A DNA stretch of 64,000 nt, from the NCBI GenBank assembly GCA_964016885.1, contig OZ024740.1:306838001-306902000 (forward strand), read 5' to 3'. A program made the translations under genes and the position numbers. Source of the stretch: Eledone cirrhosa (Eukaryota). Below are positions 24,637 to 40,726 of the stretch, piece by piece; the stretch's first letter is position 1, and each line of letters begins with the position of its first letter. The notes under the pieces are model-generated. The model was given only the letters and a program-made list of their open reading frames with translations. It made no database searches and had not been told where the DNA came from.

Positions 24637-27022
24637 AAGGGTTGGCTAAAAGGTTCATAGGCTGACCAAAGTACTCACATGGAATGTGACCAAATGAGGT
24701 TTATTTTTCAACATAGTTAATGTGGTCCACACACTTCTTCCATTGGTGTTGCATTGGTGAAGAAGCTTTCTTACCTGTTGGTACAAAAAGTCATCTATAG
24801 TCATCAGATATAACATGTCATCTGGTGGTCCTTAAGGAAACTAGGTGTAGAGGAATGGCTTGTGAGGACAGTGCAAGCTATGTACAGGGGTGCTGTCAGT
24901 AAAGTGAGAATAGGAATAGAGTTTAGTGAGGAATTCCAGATACAAGTAGGTGTACATCAGGGTTCAGTCTACAGCCTGCTCTTGTTCATTATAGTCCTCC
25001 TAGCCATAACAGAGGAGTTTAAGACTGGATGCCCATGGGAACTTCTCTATGCTGATGATTTGGTTCTTATAGCAGAATCAGTAGAGGAGCTACAGAATAA
25101 ATTCTGGCTATGGAAACAGCAGTTGGAATCAAGAGGCCTGAGAGTGAACATAGCTAAAACAAAAGTGTTGATAAGTAGAAGAGAGGACAATACTCTGATT
25201 CCATCAGGAAAATGTAGGAAAGGAACTGGCATAAATTCCATAAAATGTACACAATGCAGATCTTGGGTACACAAGAGATGTAGTGGGATAGCAGGCAAAC
25301 TAACAGGTAGGGAAAACTACGTATGCAGTAGATGTACAGGGAAAGTCGGCAGTAGAAATCGCGGTGATAGACACATTTTTTTTCCAATGCAGGTGGGCTC
25401 TATAGTAGTGGTTGATAGTTTCTGGTACCTAGGTGATCAGATTAGGAGGGGGGGGGGGTTCCGAGGCCGTAGTATCTAGAAAAAGGACGGGTTGGAGGGA
25501 GTTGCTTCCTCTGTTGACAAAGAAGGGTTTCACCCTGCGTACGAAAGGGCGGTTATGATACCTGTGTGAGATGTGCGATGCATGGTAGTGAGACATGGGC
25601 AGCAACTGCAGGAGATATGCGACGGCTGGAGAGAAATGTTGGATGTGCAATGTCAATGTGCGTGAACGACCAAGCATAGATGAGTTGAGAAAGAAACTGG
25701 GTATAAGAGGGATAAGTTGTGGTGTGCAGGAGAGAAGGCTGAGATGGTATGGACATGTGATGCACATAGAGGATGACCGCTGGGTAAAGAAGTGCCAAGA
25801 AATCCCAGTAGAAGGAAGACGCAGTAGAGGTAGACCACGAAAAACATGGGCGGAGGTGGTGAGAGCAGACCTCAGATCGCTGAAACTCACTGAGGAGATG
25901 ACGAAGGACCGTGACAAGTGGAGAGATGCTGTGCTGAATAGGACCCGTCGAATCCTTGCAAGCAGGGAAAAGCGGACGTAAAATGATGATGATCACTGTA
26001 ATACCAAGTGATTTTTCATGCTGGAGAACACATCATAGCCAAATCAGGAGAATAGGGAGGGTGATCATCCACAGTTCAAAGCCAGTCACACACACAGCAG
26101 TCATTGAAACCAAGGATTTGTGTGCTGGAGCATTGTCCTGGTGAAACAAGACACTTTTTGTCAATTTTCCTGGGCGTTTGGTCTTGATAGTCTTTCATAA
26201 CTGCCTCAGCAAGTTGGCACAGTTCTCTTCATTGATGGTGTGGCCCTTTTGAAGATACTCATTAAACACAATATCTTTTGCATCCCCAAAGACTGAGGTG
26301 ATCACATTCCCTGAAGACGAAACAACTGTGACCTTCTTTGGAGCAGGTGAGGAAGGGTGTTTCCACTGCATGAATCGTCTCTGGCTCAGTGATGAACCCA
26401 ACAGTCATCTTGGTTTAGGGAACGTTCAAGAAAACCAGGTGGATCTGCCTCAAGCAATGTCAGATTTCATCAGGATGAGCTCAGCCTGATGCACTTTTGA
26501 TCAGGTTTCAGAAGATGTGCCATTCACTAAGCAGAAAGCTTTTTCAGGCCAAGTTCATTGTGCAGAATATTCTCAACTCCCTCACAGGATATGCTAATAG
26601 CATTAGCAATTTGATTGATAGTCAATTACCTATCATCTATTACCATGTGGTGACAATGTTTTCTTCAGTGGTTGCAATAGCAGGACGTCCAGACCATAGG
26701 TCATTTTCAAGTCTCTCCCTTCCCCTCTATAATTCAGCTGCCCAATTTTGCATTGTTGATAAAGCTGGAACGTCATCCCCTAATGTAGCAACCACGTCAG
26801 CTAAAACTTTTTTCTGCAGTTACATTATGACACCACAATGCCAAATTTTGTCCATTTTAAAGAGAAGTCACCACTAGTTACTTTTGAAGTCTTCTTTGAA
26901 CAGTCAGATGTCAGTTTACCTGGAAAGAAACAATGCAGGTATTAAGAGTTGAAATGCATGCAAGATTTCACAGCTCTAGCATCACTTTCATAGTCAGCCT
27001 ATGAACTTTTCAGCTCACCATC
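24637..27022 (-). mobile_element. Mariner DNA transposon relic split by a LINE insertion
   Basis: TIRs agggttggctaaaaggttcataggctgac (24639) and gtcagcctatgaacttttcagctcacc (26993-27019). Transposase remnants MQWKHPSSPAPKK...VFGDAKDIVFNEYLQKGHTIN...LLRQL and FHQDNAPAH. Confidence 0.85.
24822..25992 (+). mobile_element. 5'-truncated RTE-clade LINE (family B) nested in the mariner
   Basis: GVHQGSVYSLLLF, CPWELLYADDL, Cys/His insert, FWYLG, RLRWYGHV and GRPRKTW motifs, followed by an (ATG)n tail at 25983-25992. Confidence 0.92.
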
Positions 27023-27150
27023 ACAACAAACAGCAGATACCAGTAATCTAAGTACTGGTCAATGAGTTAAATTTCACCCGATGATGATGATGACCCCATT
27101 CATTAATATTTTTTAAATACTAGTAATTAGCTAACTAGTGACAAACTGAA

Positions 27151-27362
27151 CCCCTTTAACATTCACATTACTCTATATATACTATTATATTTTCACGGCA
27201 AAGGCTTTACCTCACATAATATCAAATCTACAAGATTTTGATGATGTTATTTATTTTAAGAACAATACCTTAACATCAGTATGAGCAGCCAATTACAGTT
27301 GGTTTGAACAGAAAGAGGTGAGAGAATTCTGCCCCGGTATAGCTGGTTTAAATGCTAAAGGG
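27151..27362 (-). mobile_element. piggyBac-type MITE copy (same family as 4373)
   Basis: ccctttaacattcacattac ... ggtttaaatgctaaaggg; colinear with 6041-6260. Confidence 0.75.
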
Positions 27363-28664
27363 AACAAAACTTTATCACATGAAACATGGGAGAAAAACAG
27401 GTTTATCAAAACAGTTGGTCTGTGTCTGCAGAATAAACAGAAAAAAAAGTTAATAAATAATAATAATAAAGCAGCTTCTGTTTCAAAACTTCATGAGGTA
27501 GTTTATTGGCAAAAAAACAAGAGTACAAACTTGGATAAATTTTCACTTAGAGCTTTTCTTTTTCCATTTTTTATCAATATCTGAATTTGAAGAAAAAAAA
27601 AATGATTTCCAATTTTGTTTTACATATTTTTTTAATTATTTGTTTATTTAAACTAATTTCAGACTCTAAAAAATAAGACTGAAATTAGTCAAATCATCCA
27701 TTGCCTTTAATGACCTGCGTGGGATACAGAAAATACAATCTACACCCACATCTAGTGGCATGAGTATATTATAAAAAATTGTCAGCGAGCAATGCACAGC
27801 TGTACAGAGGAGCTGAAGACATGCGCACGCCATAGCCATCAGGTAAAAACAAAAGTAGTCTTTAACAATGAACAACAGGTGAATAATTTCAGGGTATGAT
27901 AATGTTTACATATTAAAAATACCTCAATCTTGTGCACAAGGAATTAGGAAACAACAGATTGTTCTTTTCTCTTTATTATAAACATTTGTTTATTTGTATA
28001 TGTGTGTTTTCTGGAAGAATACTTGTTTAAAATATAATCCCTATTTCTGTTTTAAATTTCCACTATAGTACCAAATGAATTACATTTAGTTATTTCTACA
28101 CTAAAAGCTTCATTTAAAAAATACTGCAAGTAATCTGAATGCAGGGAGGGGAAGTAGCTTAACATTAAATGAGATAATTTTCAAGGAACAGAAGAAATTC
28201 TATTAAAAAATAATGTCTTTTGTGATCTTTTTATAAATTGGAATTATTACCAGTAAATCTCTAACTGGTATCGAGAAAGAAAGAGCTGAGCCTTTTGCAA
28301 TGACTCCCTCTCTCCTTCTTTTCAGTCTAGTGTTTTCATATGTAGCCTAAAATCTAGAGATTTTTTAACGCTTTTTTTTTTCTTTTTACCAAAAAATAAT
28401 TCAATGCAAACTATTTCTTTGATATATTTATCATGGACAAATTCACAGACCACTTTTCTATTTGTAAACAATGTGGAAATGGATATAGAGGTTAGAGTTA
28501 ATAGTAAAAAAATAAAATTTCATCAACCTGATAAAGGGTTGTTTTACTGGCACACAACTTAAGACAATGTTGTGTTCTTCACAACACAAGTCACCTGCTA
28601 AGACAGAAGACTGAAGCTATCTTCCAACTAGAGAATAAAGTTCAAGGCATATATCTAATAATTG

Positions 28665-28878
28665 TTTCTACATTTGGCACAAGGCCAGAAATTTGAAGGG
28701 AAGGGGAAAGTCGATTAAATTGGACCCAGTGCATTACTGGTACTTTATTTTATCAACCCCGTAGGGATGAAAGGCAAAGCTAACCTCGGCAGGATTTGAA
28801 CTCACAACGTAGTGGGCCATAACGAATACTGCAATGCATTCCATCTGACGCACTAATGATTCTGCCAATCCACCGCCC
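28665..28878 (-). mobile_element. tRNA-derived SINE
   Basis: The - strand starts ggcggtggattggcagaatcattag, has B-box GAGTTCAAATCC and body gaggttagctttgcctttcatccc...gataaaataaagtaccagt, and is flanked by (TAA)n. Confidence 0.8.
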
Positions 28879-30539
28879 TATAACTAATAATAATAATAAT
28901 AAAAATAATACTATTGATTTCTTATGATGGCATTAAGCCCCAGAAAAATACAAAGAAGAGGAAGTTATTTATGTCTGTCCCTTCCTGAGGGCATTGCCAA
29001 GAACTGTACTATCACACTTGCCAATAATAGACATAAAGCCTTAATAGAAACAAAAATAATATGGATGGGATAATGGAGAGTTGAGTCAGGTGTGCCCATT
29101 CCAAGGGCACAGACAGACATCATAAGTGAAGTATTCCCTACCCATTAAAATAGGGCTAAGGTTCAAATTTGCTGCACATGATGCCTATTACAAAGCTCAG
29201 TAATAATAACAAAAGTCTATTATAGAAGTAAATGGCAACAAAGAGTACATGTTTGGCAGCTGCAGGAGTAATTGTTATACTTGAGCTGCTCCAATATACA
29301 TGACTCAAGTGGATTACTGAGAGAGAACACTGAATATCATTAAGTTCTAAAAAAAAAAAATATGAGAAGATCCTATTGACATAATGACCCAAGTAGCAGT
29401 TCAGTACTTGGTCACTTAGAAATTATACTGTTAAAAAATGTGTATGTGCTACGACAAGTGCACACACACACACTCACATTATATATATATATATACACGT
29501 AAATATATACACATATATATATATATACACATATATATACACATACATATATATATACTAGTTTATAAAATGGCCATTCAAAACAGTTTTAAACATATAT
29601 AAAATTTCAGAAAACTAAGTGGAGTGGTAATTAAAGATACCTAAATAAAATAATAACAATGTTTCTTCTGAGTAATCCACTTGGTTGTTATGGTGTTAAT
29701 AGATAATAACTACCAAAACACTGCTACTTTAGAAAGTCAACTATAAATAAGTAAATATTTTTATAGAGCCATTTCAAGTGGACAATCTCCCTTCATCTTG
29801 GTTAATGAGTGCAGGTGAAAAATAACAAATGATTCAAATGGAAGCCCTGCAATTCATTGGTTTCACATATTCTGTGCACTAGAGAGGTGCTATTTAGCTA
29901 TGGACTGATTGGACAGCAGGCTAACTGGATGATGGACTGGAACAGCAGTGAAGAGATATACAAGTGTGAAGTGTGAAACGGGTCGGGGAAATACATACAA
30001 ATATAATAAACTTAGCATTGCATTCTTTTTTCTCTTTTTTTTTTTTAATTTGTGTGGGTGTATGTATGTGTGTGTGTGTGTGTGTGTCTTTTAGTTATAA
30101 CTTGGAGCTAATAAAAGCATCCCAGATGAATTATGGTGACACTAGTGATGTGACACTGGTGATGGTGACACTAGTGTCAAAGTCCCTGAGTTCAAACTGT
30201 AATCCCTGATTGTAATAAACATTCCCATGTCAAGTATTTTATATATATATATATATCTCAGAAATGAATAATAATAATAATAAAATTAATAATAATAATA
30301 ATAATAATAATAATGATGATAAACAAAATAGGTTGTGAATAAAAGAAAAAAGAACAAAAAAAAAAGTCAGCAGGCAGGTAATTTTTCTTTCTTGGAAATC
30401 AATAATGAAATAAAATTAAATTAAAAGGAAGAAAAAAAAAAAAAATTTGATATCTTCCTGCCTTGTAGTTCAATAAATTTAGATAAAATATGATAATCAT
30501 CATGGCTTTTAATATACATTGTAGCTCTCATGGTATAGC

Positions 30540-30590
<51 letters not shown>

Positions 30591-32425
30591 TATATATATG
30601 TGAGTTGTAGGGGGTTGCAAGATTAGCAGAAAACTAGGAGAAACAAAAAAAAAAACAATCAACTGAATAATTAAAAACATAATTGTTATTGAGTAATGTA
30701 GTGTAATGTATGCACGTGTTATAATTAAGATATGACCTGAGAAACTGTTAAACGAAAAAGGAAATTCAAAAAGACTGTACATAAAATTTCTACCAAAATC
30801 ACATGTTCCATCCAGCTCATTGAATATCAAGAACCTTTCTTCAGAATCACATAATCCATATCTTATCTTTAGCATTTTAAAATACTAAACATTGACTATA
30901 TAGTAAACAGAAGTCCCAAATATACCATTTAAAAGAAAATTGCAAATAAAACTATTTGTAAAAAATAATAAAGGATTATTAGAAATGTGATCAGTATTTA
31001 AAATGGTAACAGATTGGGTGGGGATGGGGTACAATATAGGTTTGGAAAGTGGGAAAATAAACACTTTGATGGCAGAACTGACTGTTGTATAACCCAGGAA
31101 AAAAAAATTCAGCTCTGGTGGCATTCACATTGAATCTTACTAATTCAATTAACTCATTTTCCACACAATGTTCAGAGTAAAGTCACCAGCATCAGTAATA
31201 TTATTATACCATACCAAACTACTTTACTGCACAACAGTAAAACTATTGGGATGGGACAAGGAGTGAATAACTCCACCAAAAACCAACTTCAATGAACTGG
31301 AATAGCAAAGGATGACAGAAAATAGCAATGCAGTGGAAAAATGCATTGTATTTTGCAGTTTCATTTGATATATATAGAGGAGACTCATATCAAAATATCA
31401 CTATATACATATATATTTTCGATTCTACACATACAGAGGCATACACACAGAAAGTAGAATGATCACTGAAATAGCCATAGCCATACCCTTTAATTTTGTT
31501 TGTTCCAACAGGAGAAGACTAGAGAAGATGGGAGGGAGGAAGGAAGTAAGAGTCAACAAGAAGTGTCTAGTAACCCCTACTCTGGACATTAGCTCCATCA
31601 CCTCTTACTAGCAGCTGTTTATATATACACTATCAAAGTCAAATTTACTGTGAAATACTGATTGAAAAAATGCTATTTTCTGTTTTCTTTCTTACAGAGC
31701 AGTTAAGTTTGGAATGTTGCAGCATTTTCTCCTGGAATCCAAAGAAATCAGTTAAACCTCTCTGGCTTGCTCTCATTTTAGTCAGCAGTAGAAATGTTCA
31801 TCTTAAAATATACAGATTCAATTAAAAGTGGAGGGTTGAGAAACTTGTTTGTAAATGTTGTTTATGTGCATAGAAAAAAAGTCTACCAATAACAGTTAGT
31901 TTTTCTCCAGATTCTGACCAAAATTCTAGCTCTGTGAAAGCCCACTCATCAACACAAGTGGAATTTTTTCTCAATGTGGACGGTTGCTTAAATGTAAAAT
32001 ACTTGGGGAGGCTTAGAATAAATTTGTCATGCGAAGCATGTTTTTTTTTTTTTTTTTTTTTAGTGAAGAGTTATTTACATCTGTAACAGCATTTGATTTT
32101 ATCAGCTTATTTGCACTTCAAAAAGCCAAATAATACAAAAGGAGTAGGTTAACCTGATGAAAACAAAGAAGTCTCAGAAAAATGTTATGCATCAAAATAA
32201 CCTGTTTAGAAACCTGTACATCTTGGTTTCAACAAATAGTAATTTACATCACACACAGACACAATCACTCATATACACAATGTCAATTTATATGGTATTT
32301 AGTAACACAGCATTATTAACTCAGGCTAAAATCTGAAAAGAGTTGTTTTTTAAGAAGATTTATCCGGATTTAAATTGTTGCATTGAAAGTTTTAAGGATC
32401 AATACAAACTCATATGTAACGTATG

Positions 32426-32632
32426 ATATACATACATACATATATATAATATATACATACATATATATATAATATATACATACATATATATATATATAAT
32501 ATATACATATATATATATATATGCATACATACATATATAATATATATACATACATATATAGATACATACATACATATATAGATACATACATACATATATA
32601 CATACATACATACATAATATATACATATATAT

Positions 32633-32663
<31 letters not shown>

Positions 32664-32744
32664 GATACATACATACATATATACATACATACATACATAA
32701 TATATACATATATATATACATACATACATACATACATATATATC

Positions 32745-32776
<32 letters not shown>

Positions 32777-32879
32777 CATATATATAAATATAATATATAC
32801 ATATATACATACATACATACATAATATATACATATATATATACATACATACATACATATATATCCATACATACATATAT

Positions 32880-32910
<31 letters not shown>

Positions 32911-33187
32911 CATATATATAAATATAATATATACATACATATATATATATATATATAAAATATCTACATATATATATATATAATATATACATACATATAT
33001 ATATATAATATATACAAACATATATATATATAATATATACAAACATATATATATATAATATATACAAACATATATATATATAATATATACATACATATAT
33101 ATATACATACATATATATATATATAATATATACATACATATATATATATATATAATATATACATACATATATATATATATATAATAT

Positions 33188-33218
<31 letters not shown>

Positions 33219-33830
33219 CATACATACATATATATATATAATATATACATACATATATATATATATAATATATACATACATATATATAATATATACATAC
33301 ATATATATATATAATATATACATACATATATATATATATAATATATACATACATATATATATATATAATATATACATACATATATATAATATATACATAC
33401 ATATATATATATATATAATATATACATACATATATATATATATATAATATATACATACATATATATATATATATAATATATACATACATATATATATATA
33501 TAATATATACATATATATATATATAATATATACATACATATATATAATATATACATACATATAATATATACATACATATATATAATATATACATACATAT
33601 ATATAATATATACATACATATATATAATATATACATACATATATATATATAATATATACATACATATATATATATAATATATACATACATATATATATAT
33701 ATACATACATATATATATATATATATATACATACATATATATATATATAATATATACATACATATATATATATATATATATACATACATATATATATATA
33801 TAATATATACATACATATATATATATATAT

Positions 33831-33861
<31 letters not shown>

Positions 33862-34150
33862 CATACATATATATATATATATAATATATACATACATATA
33901 TATATATATAATATATACATACATATATATATATATATAATATATACATACATATATATATATATATAATATATACATACATATATATATATATATAATA
34001 TATACATACATATATATATATATATAATATATACATACATATATATATATATATAATATATACATACATATATATATATATATAATATATACATACATAT
34101 ATATATATATATAATATATACATACATATATATATATATATAATATATAC

Positions 34151-34184
<34 letters not shown>

Positions 34185-34366
34185 AATATACATATATATA
34201 TATATAATATATACATACATATATATAATATATACATACATATATATAATATATACATACATATATATAATATATACATACATATATATAATATATACAT
34301 ACATATATATATATAATATATACATACATATATATATATATATATACATACATATATATATATATA

Positions 34367-34404
<38 letters not shown>

Positions 34405-34933
34405 ATATATATACATACATATATATATATATATATATACATACATATATATATATATATATATATCATATATATATATATAATATATACATACATATAT
34501 ATATATATAATATATACATACATATATATATATATAATATATACATACATATATATATATATAATATATACATACATATATATATATATAATATATACAT
34601 ACATATATATATATATAATATATACATACATATATATATATATAATATATACATACATATATATATATATAATATATACATACATATATATATATATAAT
34701 ATATACATACATATATATATATATAATATATACATACATATATATATATATAATATATACATACATATATATATATATAATATATACATACATATATATA
34801 TAATATATACTATACATATATATATATATATAATATATACATACATATATATATATATATAATATATACATACATATAATATATACATATATAATATATA
34901 CATACATATAATATATACATATATAATATATAC

Positions 34934-34967
<34 letters not shown>

Positions 34968-35660
34968 AATATATACATACATATATATATATACATACAT
35001 ATATATATATAATATATACATACATATATATATATAATATATACATACATATATATAATATATACATACATACATATATATATATAATATATACATACAT
35101 ACATATATATATATAATATATACATACATACATATATATATATATAATATATACATATATATATATAATATATACATACATACATATATATATAATATAT
35201 ATACATACATACATACACATATATATATAATATATACATACATACACATATATATATAATATATACATACATACATATATATATATAATATATACATACA
35301 TATATAATATATACATACATATATATATATAATATATACATACATATATATATATAATATATACATACATATATATATATAATATATACATACATATATA
35401 TATATAATATATACATACATATATATATATAATATATACATACATATATATATATAATATATACATACATATATATATATAATATATACATACATATATA
35501 TATATAATATATACATACATATATATATATAATATATACATACATATATATATATAACATATACATACATATATATATATAATATATACATACATATATA
35601 TATATAATATATACATACATATATATATATAATATATACATACATACATATATATAATAT

Positions 35661-35697
<37 letters not shown>

Positions 35698-36001
35698 CAT
35701 ACATATATATATAATATACATACATACATATATATATAATATACATACATACATATATATATAATATACATACATATATATATAATATACATACATATAT
35801 ATATATAATATACATACATACATATATATATAATATACATACATATATATATAATATACATACATATATATATATAATATACATACATACATATATATAT
35901 ATTATATACATACATACATATATATATAATATATACATACATACATATATAATATATACATACATACATATATAATATATACATACATACATATATAATA
36001 T

Positions 36002-36032
<31 letters not shown>

Positions 36033-36052
36033 CATACATACATACATAATAT

Positions 36053-36083
<31 letters not shown>

Positions 36084-36163
36084 CATACATACATATATAA
36101 TATATACATACATACATATATAATATATACATACATACATATATAATATATACATACATACAT

Positions 36164-36210
<47 letters not shown>

Positions 36211-36747
36211 CATACATACATACATAATATATACATACATATATATATAATATATACATACATAATATATACATACATAATATATACATACATATATATA
36301 TATACATACATATATATATATACATACATATATATATATACATACATACATACATAATATATACATACATACATAATATATACATACATACATATTATAC
36401 ATACATATATATATATATATTATGCATACATATATATATATTATACATACATATATATATATTATACATACATATTATATATATATATATATATATATAT
36501 TATACATACATATTATATATATATAATATATACATACATACATATTATAATATATACATACATATATATAATATATACACACATACATATATATATATAT
36601 ATATACATACATACATATATATAATATATACACACATACATATATATATACATACATACATACATACACACATATATATATATACATACATACATATATA
36701 TAATATATACATACATATATATAATATATACAAATATATATATACAG

Positions 36748-36795
<48 letters not shown>

Positions 36796-37499
36796 ATAAT
36801 ACATACATATATATATATATATATAATACATACATATATATATATATATATAATACATACATATATATATATATATATAATACATACATATATATATATA
36901 TATAATACATACATATATATATATATATAATACATACATACATATATATAATATATACATACATATATATAATATATACATACATATATATAATATATAC
37001 ATACATATATATAATATATACATATATATATATAATATATACATACATATATATATATATATAATATATACATATATATATATAATATATACATATATAT
37101 ATATAATATATACATATATATATATAATATATACATATATATATATAATATATACATATATATATATAATATATACATATATATATATAATATATACATA
37201 TATATATATAATATATACATATATATATATAATATATACATATATATATATAATATATACATATATATATATAATATATACATATATATATATAATATAT
37301 ACATATATATATATAATATATACATATATATATATAATATATACATATATATATATAATATATACATATATATATATAATATATACATATATATATATAA
37401 TATATACATATATATATATAATATATACATATATATATATATAATATATACATATATATATATATAATATATACATATATATATATATAATATATACAT

Positions 37500-37531
<32 letters not shown>

Positions 37532-37844
37532 ATATATACATATATATATATAATATATACATATATATATATAATATATACATATATATATATAATATAT
37601 ACATATATATATATAATATATACATATATATATATAATATATACATATATATATATATAATATATACATATATATATATATAATATATACATATATATAT
37701 ATACATATATATATACATATATATATACATATACATATACATACATATATACATACATACATACATACATATATATACATACATACATACATATATATAT
37801 ACATACATACATATATATATACATACATACATATATATACATAC

Positions 37845-37891
<47 letters not shown>

Positions 37892-38009
37892 CATACATAT
37901 ATATATACATACATATATATATACATACATATATATATACATACATATATATATACATACATATATATATACATACATATATATATACATACATATATAT
38001 ATACATACA

Positions 38010-38105
<96 letters not shown>

Positions 38106-38143
38106 CATACATATATATATACATACATATATATATACATACA

Positions 38144-38183
<40 letters not shown>

Positions 38184-39180
38184 CATACATATATACATAC
38201 ATACATATATACATACATATATATATACATATATATATACATATATATATATATACATATATATATACATACATACATATATACATACATACATATATAT
38301 ATACATACATATATATATACATACATATATATATACATACATATATATATACATACATATATATATACATACATATATATATACATACATATATATATAC
38401 ATACATATATATATACATACATATATATGTACATACATATATATATACATACATATATATGTACATACATATATATATACATACATATATATATACATAC
38501 ATATATATATACATACATATATACATACATATATATATACATACATATATATGTACATACATATATATGTACATACATATATATGTACATACATATATAT
38601 GTACATACATATATATGTACATACATATATATATATACATACATATATATATACATACATATATATATACATACATACATACATACATATATACATACAT
38701 ACATATATACATACATACATACAGACATACACATACATACATATATATAATATATATATACATATAATACATACATACATACATATATATATACATATAA
38801 TACATACATATATATAATATATATATACATATAATACATACATATATATAATATATATATACATATAATACATACATATATATAATATATATATACATAT
38901 AATACATACATATATATAATATATATATACATATAATACATACATATACATACATATACATATATATATACATACATATACATATATATATACATACATA
39001 TACATACATACATACATATACATACATACATACATATACATACACATATATATACATACATATTATACACATGTACATACATATACACACATACATATAT
39101 AGACATATATATATGTGTGTACATACATATATATATATATACACACACACACACACTATATATATATATATATATATATA
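32426..39180. repeat. ~6.8-kb compound AT/ATAC microsatellite with higher-order units
   Basis: Almost only A, T and C on the + strand. Units such as TAATATATACATAC(AT)n. This tract is the source of all long Y/I/C/M/V ORFs in the ORF track. Confidence 0.98.
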
Positions 39181-39852
39181 TTCATGTAAAAGTCATCACA
39201 ATTTTGGCCAATGCATCTAAATTGTTCTATGTAAAAGTTGACCGTCGTTCTTGGTCAACGAAAGTATTATTCTGACATAGAAATGTATTTTCTTGTACTG
39301 TTACGTTCTGAAAAATCATAAATAAGGCCTCATCACTATTATAAATACTATTAGTTGGACTTAATAAATGATCTGCATTACCTAGATAAATTATTGCTTC
39401 TGGATTCAGTGGTAATGTGTATTTCTTAGGCAATGTTTCATTGTTGCTCTGTCTATTTGCTAATTATGTAAATAGTTGCAAATAGCCACACTGTTAAACC
39501 AAAGTTCATTAAGATTATATTATTCCTAGGTCAGTATATTACACCATCCGTTTCTTTAAAAAACTAGACTGATATGTATTTACTGGTAGTTCACTACAAT
39601 TAGCATATCTCTTAATGGGTACTTAAAATCATAACAAAATGCTCTCCAGTCCTCCCATGAAGATATCATTGTTTGGAGGAAGAAGCAGAGTGGTGTTGTG
39701 TTACTATTACGTTTATCATAGGGCCTTAAAATGCACTGAATAAATCAGAAACAAAACAGCTGCACTGATATACTGCACCACAAGACAAGTGTAACTTTAG
39801 CCATGAATATTACAACATTGTGGTTGAGGAGTTGTGATGGAGACATGGTAAG

Positions 39853-40726
39853 ACTGGTCATGTACACAACATTACAGTAATAGTAATATACAGTAGCTAC
39901 TGGTCATGTACACAACATTGCAGTAATATACAGTAGCTACTGGTCATGTACACAACATTGCAGTAATATACAGTAGCTACTGGTCATGTACACAACATTG
40001 CAGTAATATACAGTAGCTACTGGTCATGTACACAACATTGCAGTAATATACAGTAGCTACTGGTCATGTACACAACATTGCAGTAATATACAGTAGCTAC
40101 TGGTCATGTACACAACATTGCAGTAATATACAGTAGCTACTGGTCATGTACACAACATTGCAGTAATATACAGTAGCTACTGGTCATGTACACAACATTG
40201 CAGTAATATACAGTAGCTACTGGTCATGTACACAACATTGCAGTAATATACAGTAGCTACTGGTCATGTACACAACATTGCAGTAATATACAGTAGCTAC
40301 TGGTCATGTACACAACATTGCAGTAATATACAGTAGCTACTGGTCATGTACACAACATTGCAGTAATATACAGTAGCTACTGGTCATGTACACAACATTG
40401 CAGTAATATACAGTAGCTACTGGTCATGTACACAACATTGCAGTAATATACAGTAGCTACTGGTCATGTACACAACATTGCAGTAATATACAGTAGCTAC
40501 TGGTCATGTACACAACATTGCAGTAATATACAGTAGCTACTGGTCATGTACACAACATTGCAGTAATATACAGTAGCTACTGGTCATGTACACAACATTG
40601 CAGTAATATACAGTAGCTACTGGTCATGTACACAACATTGCAGTAATATACAGTAGCTACTGGTCATGTACACAACATTGCAGTAATATACAGTAGCTAC
40701 TGGTCATGTACACAACATTGCAGTAA
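39853..40726. repeat. 40-bp tandem repeat TGGTCATGTACACAACATTGCAGTAATATACAGTAGCTAC, 20 identical copies plus variant ends
   Basis: Exact 40-nt period from 39901 to 40700, a 46-nt variant first unit and a partial last unit. No spacers. Confidence 0.98.

Noticed and set aside
32370-39156. Long ORFs of 600-1141 aa rich in Y/I/C/M/V
   Set aside because: These are translation artefacts of a stop-poor microsatellite strand and are open in all three frames.
39853-40726. CRISPR-like array (repeat length ~40 with internal palindrome)
   Set aside because: The units are contiguous and identical with no spacers, there are no cas genes, and the context is eukaryotic.
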